A stretch of DNA of 64,000 nucleotides from Podarcis melisellensis (taxonomy: Eukaryota): assembly GCA_964234715.1 (NCBI GenBank), contig OZ174275.1. One strand, given 5' to 3'. The notes beneath the pieces were generated by a model, which worked only from the letters and a program-made list of their open reading frames with translations, did no database searches and was not told the DNA's origin. A program made the translations under genes and the position numbers. Below, piece by piece: positions 62,201-64,000 of this stretch. Position 1 is the stretch's first letter. Every line of letters begins with the position of its first letter.

Positions 62201-64000
62201 ATCTTGGTTTATCATCAAGAGAATAATACACAACTGAGGCTGCAAGCCTACCCATTTACCCGGATGAAAGACCCATCAATGTCTGCAGGACTTACTACTG
62301 AGTATACTGTACATGCATAGGTTTACCCTATTAGAGAACTTATGTGACAGGTAGATGAATTCTGACTATATTATTTATATGATATATTATTTGTATTTTG
62401 CAGAGGAGCCAGAAATATTTATTGATGTTGGAGCACAAGACCTACTCTCTTGCCGTACCGGCACAACAATCAGAATTCCAGCAGTTATTAAGGGCCGTCC
62501 TGTTCCCAAAGTAACTTGGGAATTTGAAGGAGATGCAAAGAAAGCTGCAAAGGTCAGTGGCAAAACAAAGTAAACTGTTAAAAACTTCAAGCTAAAGTAT
62601 TGTGTGTGTGTGTATTTACTATTTTTTCTTTATTTAAAGGATGGACATAACATACCTGAAGATGCTACGGTAAAAAATAGCTTATATTTGAATTCGCTTA
62701 TTTTGCTTCTAATATTTGCATTTTTCAAGTCCTTTTTTTAATTATTATTGCTAAGTAAGTTTGTTTTGGTTTGTGCAGGTGGAATCAACCGATACCACAT
62801 CAGTGATTAATATCCCTACATGTAACAGAGGTCATTCTGGAAAATACAGTATTACAGCAAAGAATAAAGCAGGACAGAAAACTGTAAATGTCAGGGTGAA
62901 TGTCCTAGGTAAGACTAATCAACCTTAATATTGCACCATTTCACTAATTTTGTGATACAAAAGTTCATATACTGTAAAACCCCATATAATGATTTTTCCA
63001 ATCTGTTTTCATGATGAAATAGATGTTCCAGGGCCACCAAAAGACCTGAAAGTAAGTGACATAACAAGATGCAGCTGTAAACTTTCATGGAAAATGCCGG
63101 ACAATGACGGTGGAGACAGAATCAGAAACTATATTATTGAGAAAAGAACTGTGGAAGGGAAAGCCTGGACAAAAGTTAATCCCAACTGTGCTGGCACATC
63201 ATTGGTTATTCCTGATCTCATAGCTGGGCAACAATACTTCTTCAGAGTACGTGCAGAAAACCGCTTTGGTGTTGGACCCCCAGCAGATACAATTCAAAGG
63301 ACCACAGCGAGGGATCCAATCCGTAAGTTAAATCAAAATGGGACATTCATTCATGCATGCATTCATTCAGCCTTTATTGGCAAAATTTAGACAAGAAAAT
63401 CATAAAAGAGTAAGAAAACCTTCCATAAAACATTGGCAATCTGGACATATTAAACACATAAAACATATGAAAGACTCAGTAGCCACTGTTCAGAAAATTA
63501 AATAGTTTTAAATTTGACTTTTAAAATCTCAGCTAAATATCCTGAAACAATCTCAGTGGTTTGGGGAGTATCATCCCTCAGCAGATATTGGATTGCAGGT
63601 TCTTTGAAAATAAATACGTAAATACTTTAAGGGTGTGGCAAAGTGGGACATTTGTTTTTACTAATGATACTTTATTGAAGAGCAGGACTTACATTTTACT
63701 TTGCTCCTTTTTTTAAAAAAACAACACACAGATCCTCCTGACCCACCTATCAAGCTCAAGATTGGTCTTATAACAAAGAACACAGTAAGCTTGACATGGA
63801 AACCTCCAAAGAATGACGGCGGTGCTCCCGTAACGCATTATAATGTGGAGTGCCTTCGCTGGGACCGTACTGGTGAAGGGAAGGAAGCCTGGCGACAGTG
63901 CAATAGACGGGATGTGGAAGAAACAAAGTTTACTGTTGAAGACCTTAAAGAAGGCGACGAATATGAATTCAGAGTGAAAGCAGTGAATGAAGCAGGTCCA
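1..64000 (+). CDS. TTN: Titin gene, internal multi-exon segment (PEVK, distal tandem Ig, I/A junction, start of A-band D-zone); both ends lie outside the window
   Basis: About 80 AG/GT-bounded exons splice in frame and translate to PPAK/PEVK repeats, Ig-I domains closely similar to human I84-I105 (including I91 'PLYGVEVFVGETARFEVEISEPDVH...DCEMIEDGKKHVLILYNC') and Ig-FN3 super-repeats. Confidence 0.99.
197..277 (+). CDS. TTN: TTN PEVK-region exon (81 nt) VPVIRKKAISEEQVTVQVSRKEATHYE
   Basis: actaatatctttaaAG acceptor, GAAG|gtacat donor, phase 1-1, open frame. Confidence 0.8.
1243..1335 (+). CDS. TTN: TTN PEVK exon (93 nt) DTETYEEMLLEEMEERYPAAIPRKREVAPPK
   Basis: actaatatctttaAG acceptor, AAAG|gtatat donor, phase 1-1. 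Confidence 0.85.
1481..3283 (+). CDS. TTN: TTN giant PEVK exon (1803 nt, 601 codons) built from ~26-aa repeats
   Basis: Lies within ORF 1408-3324; tttaaAG acceptor at 1480, AAAG|gtagac donor; P/E/V/K-rich KPRKPEP/KPKKPEP repeats. Confidence 0.9.
3538..3609 (+). pseudogene. Decayed PEVK pseudo-exon (72 nt) with in-frame TGA
   Basis: ctaatatctttattgaAG acceptor, G|gtaaga donor; reads VSGLSKKPVLEKC*QKAKKTGALL; TGA at 3576-3578. Confidence 0.6.
4358..4441 (+). CDS. TTN: TTN PPAK exon (84 nt) VPEMPKKAVPEEKIPVAVPKKPAPPPAK
   Basis: Canonical 28-aa PPAK repeat, AG/GT, phase 1-1. Confidence 0.95.
4804..4878 (+). CDS. TTN: TTN PPAK exon (75 nt) VPEVPTKVVPEKKVPAAVPEAPPAK
   Basis: AG/GT, phase 1-1, PPAK motif. 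Confidence 0.93.
5042..5177. mobile_element. Palindromic non-autonomous hAT-type MITE
   Basis: Long TIRs CAGGCCTCCTCAACCTC...GAGGTTGAGGAAGCCTG; 8-bp TSD CACTAAAC at 5034-5041 and 5178-5185. Confidence 0.85.
6357..6431 (+). CDS. TTN: TTN PPAK exon (75 nt) VPEVPKKPVPEEKVVPKKPEVPAAK
   Basis: AG/GT, phase 1-1. Confidence 0.93.
6602..6797. mobile_element. Tc1/mariner-type MITE
   Basis: TA-flanked; TIRs CAGTAGTACCTTGGTTCTCAA / TTGAGAGCCAAAGTACCACTG. Confidence 0.8.
6917..7000 (+). CDS. TTN: TTN PPAK exon (84 nt) VPEVPKKPVPEEKVPVAVPKKPEPPPAK
   Basis: AG/GT, phase 1-1. Confidence 0.95.
7043..7162. mobile_element. Short hAT-type MITE
   Basis: Imperfect TIR CAGGGCCTTTTTT / AAAAATAGCACTG; 8-bp TSD AGTACTAC / AGTAGTAC. 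Confidence 0.7.
7637..7720 (+). CDS. TTN: TTN PPAK exon (84 nt) VPEVPKKVVPEKKVPAEVPKKPEAPPAK
   Basis: AG/GT, phase 1-1. Confidence 0.95.
8015..8098 (+). CDS. TTN: TTN PPAK exon (84 nt) VPEVPKKVVPEEKAKVPEPKKPEPPAVK
   Basis: AG/GT, phase 1-1. Confidence 0.95.
8379..8450 (+). CDS. TTN: TTN PPAK exon (72 nt) VPEVPKKIPEEKVPVKKPEPPAPK
   Basis: AG/GT, phase 1-1. Confidence 0.93.
8886..8954 (+). CDS. TTN: TTN PPAK exon (69 nt) VPEVPKKVVPEKKPPEPEAPPAK
   Basis: AG/GT, phase 1-1. Confidence 0.93.
9595..9666 (+). CDS. TTN: TTN PPAK exon (72 nt) VPEVPKKIVPEEKVPKKPEPPPAK
   Basis: actaatatcttttaAG acceptor, GT donor. Confidence 0.94.
10824..10901 (+). CDS. TTN: TTN PPAK exon (78 nt) VPEVPKKPVPEEKVPTLKKKEPPTPK
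   Basis: AG/GT, phase 1-1. Confidence 0.93.
11223..11321 (+). CDS. TTN: TTN PPAK exon (99 nt) VPEVPKKAVVEEKEPTPVLKKPVLKEPEPPPVK
   Basis: actaatatctttaaAG acceptor, GT donor. Confidence 0.93.
11640..13097 (+). CDS. TTN: TTN giant E-rich/PPAK PEVK exon with triplicated ~145-152-aa module; in-frame TAA at 11672-11674 unless the acceptor at 11699/11700 is used
   Basis: ORF 11717-13156; PEVK-type acceptor at 11639; AAAG|gtatat donor at 13098; length 1458 nt (divisible by 3). Confidence 0.8.
13486..13569 (+). CDS. TTN: TTN PPAK exon (84 nt) VPEVSKKAVPEKKVPVPVAKKVKPPPAK
   Basis: actaatatctttaaAG acceptor, GT donor. Confidence 0.95.
13863..13946 (+). CDS. TTN: TTN PPAK exon (84 nt) VPEEPKKVVPEKKKPAAALKKPEAPPTK
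   Basis: AG/GT, phase 1-1. Confidence 0.94.
14195..14275 (+). CDS. TTN: TTN PEVK exon (81 nt) VPEVPKKVPEDEAPLAVPKKPEPLPAE
   Basis: AG/GT, phase 1-1. Confidence 0.92.
15010..15063. repeat. (TG)n/(TA)n microsatellite
   Basis: Read directly from the sequence. Confidence 0.9.
15408..15491 (+). CDS. TTN: TTN E-rich PEVK exon (84 nt) EPEVTEEIEPEEPAPVPIPETEEIIPDE
   Basis: AG/GT, phase 1-1. Confidence 0.9.
15944..16039 (+). CDS. TTN: TTN PEVK exon (96 nt) EPEPEKKIPEKPKPRVPFPPKEEVKEEKVQLK
   Basis: AG/GT; resembles human ...EDVKEKIFQLK exon. Confidence 0.9.
17812..18057. mobile_element. Tc1/mariner-type MITE
   Basis: TA-flanked; TIR CAGTGGCACCTCAGTTTTCGATC / GATCGAAAACTGAAGTACCACTG. Confidence 0.85.
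18162..18245 (+). pseudogene. Possible decayed 84-nt PEVK pseudo-exon with in-frame TAA
   Basis: tatctttggaAG acceptor, CTGAAAG|gtacag donor, phase 1-1; TAA at 18200-18202. Confidence 0.35.
18339..18416 (+). CDS. TTN: TTN C-terminal PEVK exon APGLKPRRPTPEPPPPPPKEEVVLKK (first exon of the constitutive, N2B-type PEVK block)
   Basis: AG/GT; PKEEVVLK matches human. Confidence 0.92.
18996..19091 (+). CDS. TTN: TTN PEVK exon VTRAVKKPEEEPKPEKEPKAPPKPLEKIKKPE
   Basis: AG/GT, 96 nt. Confidence 0.92.
19588..19674 (+). CDS. TTN: TTN PEVK exon VPEVEKKKTEIPAFKKREEKEKPVPEPAK
   Basis: AG/GT, 87 nt. Confidence 0.9.
20056..20103 (+). CDS. TTN: TTN PEVK exon VPEPKPATIPEPKPAT
   Basis: AG/GT, 48 nt. Confidence 0.88.
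20675..20755 (+). CDS. TTN: TTN PEVK exon ALKSPKPPAEPKPEAAPLTTPVVGKKA
   Basis: AG/GT; PVVGKKA matches human. Confidence 0.92.
21346..21430. repeat. (GATA)n tetranucleotide microsatellite
   Basis: Read directly from the sequence. Confidence 0.95.
21485..21538 (+). CDS. TTN: TTN PEVK exon EPKTTPKEEAGKAKLPIK
   Basis: AG/GT, 54 nt; similar to human EAKAPKEEAAKPKGPIK. Confidence 0.92.
21808..22047. mobile_element. Tc1/mariner-type MITE
   Basis: TA TSD; perfect 16-bp TIR CAGTCAAACCTCGGTT. Confidence 0.9.
22612..23007 (+). CDS. TTN: TTN end of PEVK plus Ig I84-equivalent
   Basis: AKKTPSPADAERRKLRPGSGGEKPP...TSTAKLIVE; 396 nt, AG/GT. Confidence 0.97.
23660..23790 (+). mobile_element. Degenerate tRNA-derived SINE with CR1-like (ATTCTATG) tail
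   Basis: tRNA-Lys-like AGCATGAGACTCTTAATCTCAGGGTTGTGG head, tail ...ATAATTCTATGATTCT. Confidence 0.55.
23884..24159 (+). CDS. TTN: TTN Ig I85-equivalent exon
   Basis: ELPVRFVKTLEEE...; 276 nt. Confidence 0.97.
25009..25284 (+). CDS. TTN: TTN Ig I86-equivalent exon
   Basis: EVIKDWLVKPIRDQHV...; 276 nt. Confidence 0.97.
25452..25591 (+). CDS. TTN: TTN Ig I87 N-half exon
   Basis: EREVDLLKPIEDVTIYEKE...RPSP; 140 nt. Confidence 0.95.
26101..26227 (+). CDS. TTN: TTN Ig I87 C-half exon
   Basis: TCEIRAEGGKRFLTLHKV...; 127 nt (140+127=267). Confidence 0.95.
26325..26588 (+). CDS. TTN: TTN Ig I88-equivalent exon
   Basis: EIELDFAVPLKDVTVPE...; 264 nt. Confidence 0.97.
26689..26955 (+). CDS. TTN: TTN Ig I89-equivalent exon
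   Basis: GVRLKFISPLKDQTV...; 267 nt. Confidence 0.97.
27131..27394 (+). CDS. TTN: TTN Ig I90-equivalent exon
   Basis: EADPYFVVKLQDYTAVE...; 264 nt. Confidence 0.97.
27492..27631 (+). CDS. TTN: TTN Ig I91 (I27) N-half exon
   Basis: ARMIKIERPLYGVEVFVGETARFE...TASP. Confidence 0.97.
27789..27915 (+). CDS. TTN: TTN Ig I91 (I27) C-half exon
   Basis: DCEMIEDGKKHVLILYNC...AANLKVK; 127 nt. Confidence 0.96.
28062..28328 (+). CDS. TTN: TTN Ig I92-equivalent exon
   Basis: ELPLIFITPLSDIKVFE...; 267 nt. Confidence 0.97.
28432..28698 (+). CDS. TTN: TTN Ig I93-equivalent exon
   Basis: GIRLQFITPLKDVTAKE...; 267 nt. Confidence 0.97.
29140..29765 (+). mobile_element. Degenerate L2-type LINE 3' fragment, probably interrupted by a SINE-like insert
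   Basis: Encodes QYKVLVLTYKGLSGLGPAYLKEH (compare 47520 copy); ends GCCGCC...GGCGGGGTATAAAT. Confidence 0.5.
30050..30316 (+). CDS. TTN: TTN Ig I94-equivalent exon (GC donor)
   Basis: EGDPYFTGKLQDYTAVE...KLNIE; 267 nt; ends GAAG|gcaagt. Confidence 0.95.
30513..30652 (+). CDS. TTN: TTN Ig I95 N-half exon
   Basis: DRDIKIVRPLYSVE...TQTP; 140 nt. Confidence 0.95.
31033..31158. repeat. Perfect 62-bp tandem duplication
   Basis: TTAATGTTCCCATG...ACATCTCA occurs twice, head to tail. Confidence 0.95.
31449..31673. mobile_element. Tc1/mariner-type MITE
   Basis: TA TSD; perfect 18-bp TIR CAGTGGTACCTCGGGTTA. Confidence 0.92.
31907..32033 (+). CDS. TTN: TTN Ig I95 C-half exon
   Basis: DCEIKEEGKRHCLTLYNV...LRVK; 127 nt. 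Confidence 0.95.
32470..32874 (+). promoter_or_regulatory. Putative internal (Cronos-like) titin promoter and 5' leader
   Basis: GATA (32479, 32604), E-boxes (32496, 32542, 32553, 32643), MEF2-like GCTATTTTGG (32583), TATA-like TTTAAATA (32765), pyrimidine initiator-like tract, in-frame ATG at 32853. Confidence 0.55.
32875..33017 (+). CDS. TTN: TTN Ig I96 N-half exon
   Basis: PRVIGLLRPLKDVTVTAGE...EPSDK; 143 nt. Confidence 0.95.
33111..33202. mobile_element. Short palindromic MITE-like repeat (family with several copies in the window)
   Basis: ACAGTGCAATCCTAT...ATAGGATTGCACTGT hairpin; related copies near 6190, 16145, 20455, 56371, 62237. Confidence 0.7.
33470..33600. promoter_or_regulatory. 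Putative muscle/cardiac enhancer cluster
   Basis: AGATAA 33476, consensus MEF2 CTATTTTTAA 33521-33530, NKX2-5-type TCAAGTG 33538, TEAD/MCAT GGAATG 33574. Confidence 0.45.
34503..34626 (+). CDS. TTN: TTN Ig I96 C-half exon
   Basis: IVPRAEGRVHTLVLRDV...; 124 nt (143+124=267). Confidence 0.95.
34883..35149 (+). CDS. TTN: TTN Ig I97-equivalent exon
   Basis: EPPVEFTKPLEDQTVEE...; 267 nt. Confidence 0.97.
35439..35536 (+). CDS. TTN: TTN Ig I98 N-part exon
   Basis: PPHVEFTKPLTDIEVKE...NVQ; 98 nt. Confidence 0.93.
36669..36837 (+). CDS. TTN: TTN Ig I98 C-part exon
   Basis: ARWFRDGVEIRKGKKFD...LTVI; 169 nt (98+169=267). Confidence 0.93.
36941..37207 (+). CDS. TTN: TTN Ig I99-equivalent exon
   Basis: EEEAVFTKKLPNVEASE...; 267 nt. 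Confidence 0.96.
37380..37599. mobile_element. Tc1/mariner-type MITE nested in the hAT element
   Basis: TA-flanked CAGTCATACCTTGG...CCAAGGTACGACTA; same subfamily as 48644-48871. Confidence 0.8.
37666..37720. repeat. (TTCC)n microsatellite
   Basis: Read directly from the sequence. Confidence 0.95.
38177..38443 (+). CDS. TTN: TTN Ig I100-equivalent exon
   Basis: ELAAEFITRPQNVEVLEGE...; 267 nt. Confidence 0.96.
38547..38825 (+). CDS. TTN: TTN Ig I101-equivalent exon
   Basis: EKLRIVIPLKDQQV...; 279 nt. Confidence 0.96.
38900..39250 (+). mobile_element. Degenerate L1-like LINE 3' fragment
   Basis: AEMAKWTRKLRNQEDQ-like residues resembling a squamate L1 ORF2 C-terminus (from memory). Confidence 0.35.
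39356..39764 (+). CDS. TTN: TTN Ig I102 plus N-half of I103 exon
   Basis: EEDLRIIEPLQDIETME...EGK; 409 nt. Confidence 0.95.
39870..39994 (+). CDS. TTN: TTN Ig I103 C-half exon
   Basis: YQFEKDGNLHRLIIKDC...FVE; 125 nt (409+125=534). Confidence 0.95.
40097..40363 (+). CDS. TTN: TTN Ig I104-equivalent exon
   Basis: EIPVEIIRPPQD...KLELA; 267 nt. Confidence 0.96.
40811..41080 (+). CDS. TTN: TTN Ig I105-equivalent exon
   Basis: AAPRIKIADQNLVV...; 270 nt. Confidence 0.96.
41268..41570 (+). CDS. TTN: TTN first FN3 exon (I106-equivalent)
   Basis: DVPGPVRNLEV...WEEPESDGGSKITGY; 303 nt. Confidence 0.97.
41665..41967 (+). CDS. TTN: TTN FN3 exon (I107)
   Basis: DVPGPPLNVQVVDV...; 303 nt. Confidence 0.96.
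42320..42562. mobile_element. hAT (Charlie-like) MITE
   Basis: TIR CATGGTAGGCAAAC / GTTTGCTGACCCCTG; TSD CACTAATG / CGCTAATG. Confidence 0.75.
42780..42967 (+). CDS. TTN: TTN FN3 I108 N-part exon
   Basis: EKPSPPINLNHS...NYK; 188 nt. Confidence 0.95.
43067..43181 (+). CDS. TTN: TTN FN3 I108 C-part exon
   Basis: VTGLKPLARYYYRVSAENAAG...; 115 nt. Confidence 0.95.
43847..44131 (+). CDS. TTN: TTN Ig I109 exon
   Basis: GPTMDLSGFKDGLEVIVP...; 285 nt. Confidence 0.96.
44241..44416. mobile_element. hAT-type MITE
   Basis: TIR CATAGGAGCCAACT / AGTTGGCACCCCTG; TSD AATAGCAC / AATAGTAC. Confidence 0.7.
44752..44903 (+). CDS. TTN: TTN FN3 I110 N-part exon
   Basis: ARPSAPRELQIGE...TWVK; 152 nt. Confidence 0.95.
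45035..45182 (+). CDS. TTN: TTN FN3 I110 C-part exon
   Basis: VIDNVLDQEFTVPDLVQGKEYLF...; 148 nt. Confidence 0.95.
45450..45805 (-). mobile_element. Full-length Sauria SINE
   Basis: Minus-strand 5' GGGACGCAGGTGGCACTGTGGGTTAAACC... tRNA-derived head with B box GGTTCGAATC; (ACCTTT) tail; ~10-bp TSD CTTAGTATTA. Confidence 0.9.
46020..46197 (+). CDS. TTN: TTN FN3 I111 N-part exon
   Basis: VPDPPENVKWRD...; 178 nt. Confidence 0.95.
46290..46411 (+). CDS. TTN: TTN FN3 I111 C-part exon
   Basis: MEVTKLKEGEWYAYRVKALN...; 122 nt. Confidence 0.94.
46545..46832 (+). CDS. TTN: TTN Ig I112 exon
   Basis: EAPEIFLDVKLLAGITVKAG...; 288 nt. Confidence 0.96.
46924..47220 (+). CDS. TTN: TTN FN3 I113 exon
   Basis: DKPGPPAAFDISD...KYPF; 297 nt. 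Confidence 0.96.
47515..47928 (+). mobile_element. L2-clade LINE 3' end (5'-truncated)
   Basis: ORF2 C-terminus FKVLVLTFKALNGLGP...RAFSVVAPTLWNALP...FRRHLKAALF; 3' UTR ending GGCGGGGTATAAAT followed by (TTA)n. Confidence 0.85.
48028..48214 (+). CDS. TTN: TTN FN3 I114 N-part exon
   Basis: DPPGPPTRVQPVE...; 187 nt. Confidence 0.95.
48644..48871. mobile_element. Tc1/mariner-type MITE
   Basis: TA TSD; TIR CAGTCGTACCTTGGA / TCCAAGGTACAACTG. Confidence 0.88.
49227..49342 (+). CDS. TTN: TTN FN3 I114 C-part exon
   Basis: VKGLTFHKKYKFRVVAENLAG...; 116 nt. Confidence 0.95.
49433..49732 (+). CDS. TTN: TTN FN3 I115 exon
   Basis: DPPWPPGKPIVKD...; 300 nt. Confidence 0.96.
49771..50024 (+). mobile_element. 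tRNA-derived SINE (Squam3-like)
   Basis: GAGAGCCAGTGTGGTATAGTGGTTAAGAG A-box head, GGTTC B-box-like motif, (CTT)n tail. Confidence 0.8.
50157..50832 (-). mobile_element. L2-clade LINE 3' fragment with (ATT)n tail, interrupted by a MITE
   Basis: Reverse complement matches 47590-47928; (AAT)n at 50157-50217. Confidence 0.85.
50364..50644. mobile_element. Tc1/mariner-type MITE nested in L2
   Basis: TA TSD; TIR CAGTGGTGCCTCGCAAGACGAAA / TTTCGTCTTGCGAGGTACCACTG; internal GCGGCTTA/GGCTATTA tandem. Confidence 0.9.
51007..51306 (+). CDS. TTN: TTN FN3 I116 exon
   Basis: PPSPPRWLEVINITK...KDTF; 300 nt. Confidence 0.96.
51406..51511 (+). CDS. TTN: TTN FN3 I117 N-part exon
   Basis: TPGAPYALTPVEVTKRHVDLKWEPP...; 106 nt. 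Confidence 0.94.
51790..52145 (+). mobile_element. LINE (L2-like) 3' UTR fragment
   Basis: Ends AGCCACCCTGAGCCC...GGGCGGGGTATAAATAAA like the other L2 tails. Confidence 0.5.
52207..52403 (+). CDS. TTN: TTN FN3 I117 C-part exon
   Basis: YVIEKKEKLGTRWVKAG...; 197 nt. Confidence 0.95.
52496..52801 (+). CDS. TTN: TTN FN3 I118 exon
   Basis: PPSPPLDLHVTDAGRK...KDPD; 306 nt. Confidence 0.96.
52916..53194 (+). CDS. TTN: TTN Ig A1 exon
   Basis: NPTVDIKTTDLVVVEGEKL...; 279 nt. Confidence 0.95.
53275..53815. mobile_element. Solo LTR (retrotransposon/ERV remnant)
   Basis: TGTCAGG...CCTGACA inverted termini, 5-bp TSD CTTAG on both sides, 541 bp. Confidence 0.85.
54029..54328 (+). CDS. TTN: TTN FN3 A2 exon
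   Basis: GVPGPCNSIKASE...; 300 nt. Confidence 0.96.
54425..54727 (+). CDS. TTN: TTN FN3 A3 exon
   Basis: RPDPPIDLEVHNP...; 303 nt. Confidence 0.96.
54829..55203 (+). CDS. TTN: TTN Ig A4 exon with charged loop insertion
   Basis: EAPKVFLGANLQAG...; 375 nt. Confidence 0.96.
55301..55603 (+). CDS. TTN: TTN FN3 A5 exon
   Basis: DTPGPPVNFVFEE...; 303 nt. Confidence 0.96.
56584..56883 (+). CDS. TTN: TTN FN3 A6 exon
   Basis: PPDAPDKPLVEDP...; 300 nt. Confidence 0.96.
56976..57272 (+). CDS. TTN: TTN FN3 A7 exon
   Basis: PPGPPVPRIVDTS...; 297 nt. Confidence 0.96.
57363..57647 (+). CDS. TTN: TTN Ig A8 exon
   Basis: EPPTVEFDISVRAG...; 285 nt. Confidence 0.96.
57731..58024 (+). CDS. TTN: TTN FN3 A9 exon
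   Basis: DVPGPVTDLHPVVV...; 294 nt. Confidence 0.96.
58151..58202. repeat. Alternating purine-pyrimidine (TG)n(CG)n tract
   Basis: Read directly from the sequence. Confidence 0.9.
58752..59051 (+). CDS. TTN: TTN FN3 A10 exon
   Basis: GPPTAPERFMYTERTK...; 300 nt. Confidence 0.96.
59180..59488 (+). CDS. TTN: TTN Ig A11 exon
   Basis: EPPTVTLRLSVRGD...; 309 nt. Confidence 0.96.
59574..59764 (+). CDS. TTN: TTN FN3 A12 N-part exon
   Basis: DRPSPPRNLTVSDIKAE...RRFG; 191 nt. Confidence 0.95.
60645..61074 (+). CDS. TTN: TTN FN3 A12 C-part plus A13 exon
   Basis: VYKLATNGQYQFRV...ADPI; 430 nt. Confidence 0.95.
61393..61701 (+). CDS. TTN: TTN FN3 A14 exon
   Basis: PPGAPSCPDVKDRT...; 309 nt. Confidence 0.96.
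62404..62552 (+). CDS. TTN: TTN Ig A15 N-part exon
   Basis: EEPEIFIDVGAQD...KKAAK; 149 nt. Confidence 0.95.
62640..62669 (+). CDS. TTN: TTN 30-nt microexon DGHNIPEDAT inside Ig A15
   Basis: tttaaAG / ACG|gtaaaa, phase 0-0; resembles human DGVHDIPEDAQ. Confidence 0.85.
62779..62908 (+). CDS. TTN: TTN Ig A15 C-part exon
   Basis: VESTDTTSVINIPTCNRGHSGKY...; 130 nt. Confidence 0.95.
63023..63322 (+). CDS. TTN: TTN FN3 A16 exon
   Basis: DVPGPPKDLKVSD...; 300 nt. Confidence 0.96.
63732..64000 (+). CDS. TTN: TTN FN3 A17 exon (truncated by window end)
   Basis: PPDPPIKLKIGLITKNTV...VKAVNEAGP. Confidence 0.95.

Noticed and set aside
1-64000. Antisense lncRNA analogous to human TTN-AS1
   Set aside because: Cannot be supported from sequence alone

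Overview
The whole window is an internal 64-kb segment of a vertebrate titin (TTN) gene on the + strand. The intronic repeats (Sauria SINE, Squam3-like SINE, L2, Tc1/mariner and hAT MITEs) point to a squamate, probably a lacertid lizard. I read about 80 exons from splice signals and frame arithmetic. They cover the 3' half of the PEVK region (many 48-99 nt phase-1 exons plus two giant internally repetitive exons of 1803 and 1458 nt), the distal tandem Ig domains (equivalent to human I84-I105, including I91/'I27'), the I/A-junction FN3/Ig domains (I106-I118), and the first D-zone 7-domain super-repeats (A1-A17). Domain numbers are transferred from my recollection of human titin. Most notable: (1) a putative internal (Cronos-type) promoter and alternative start in the intron before the I96 exon, with a muscle-type enhancer cluster in the next intron; (2) a giant PEVK exon whose 12th codon is TAA, with an in-frame downstream acceptor that would bypass the stop; (3) several decayed or 'poison' PEVK pseudo-exons; (4) a shared ACTAATATCTTTAAAG acceptor signature on PEVK exons; (5) a GC-AG intron; (6) nested transposons and a solo LTR with intact TSDs. 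No prokaryotic-type system, RNA gene or CRISPR array is present.
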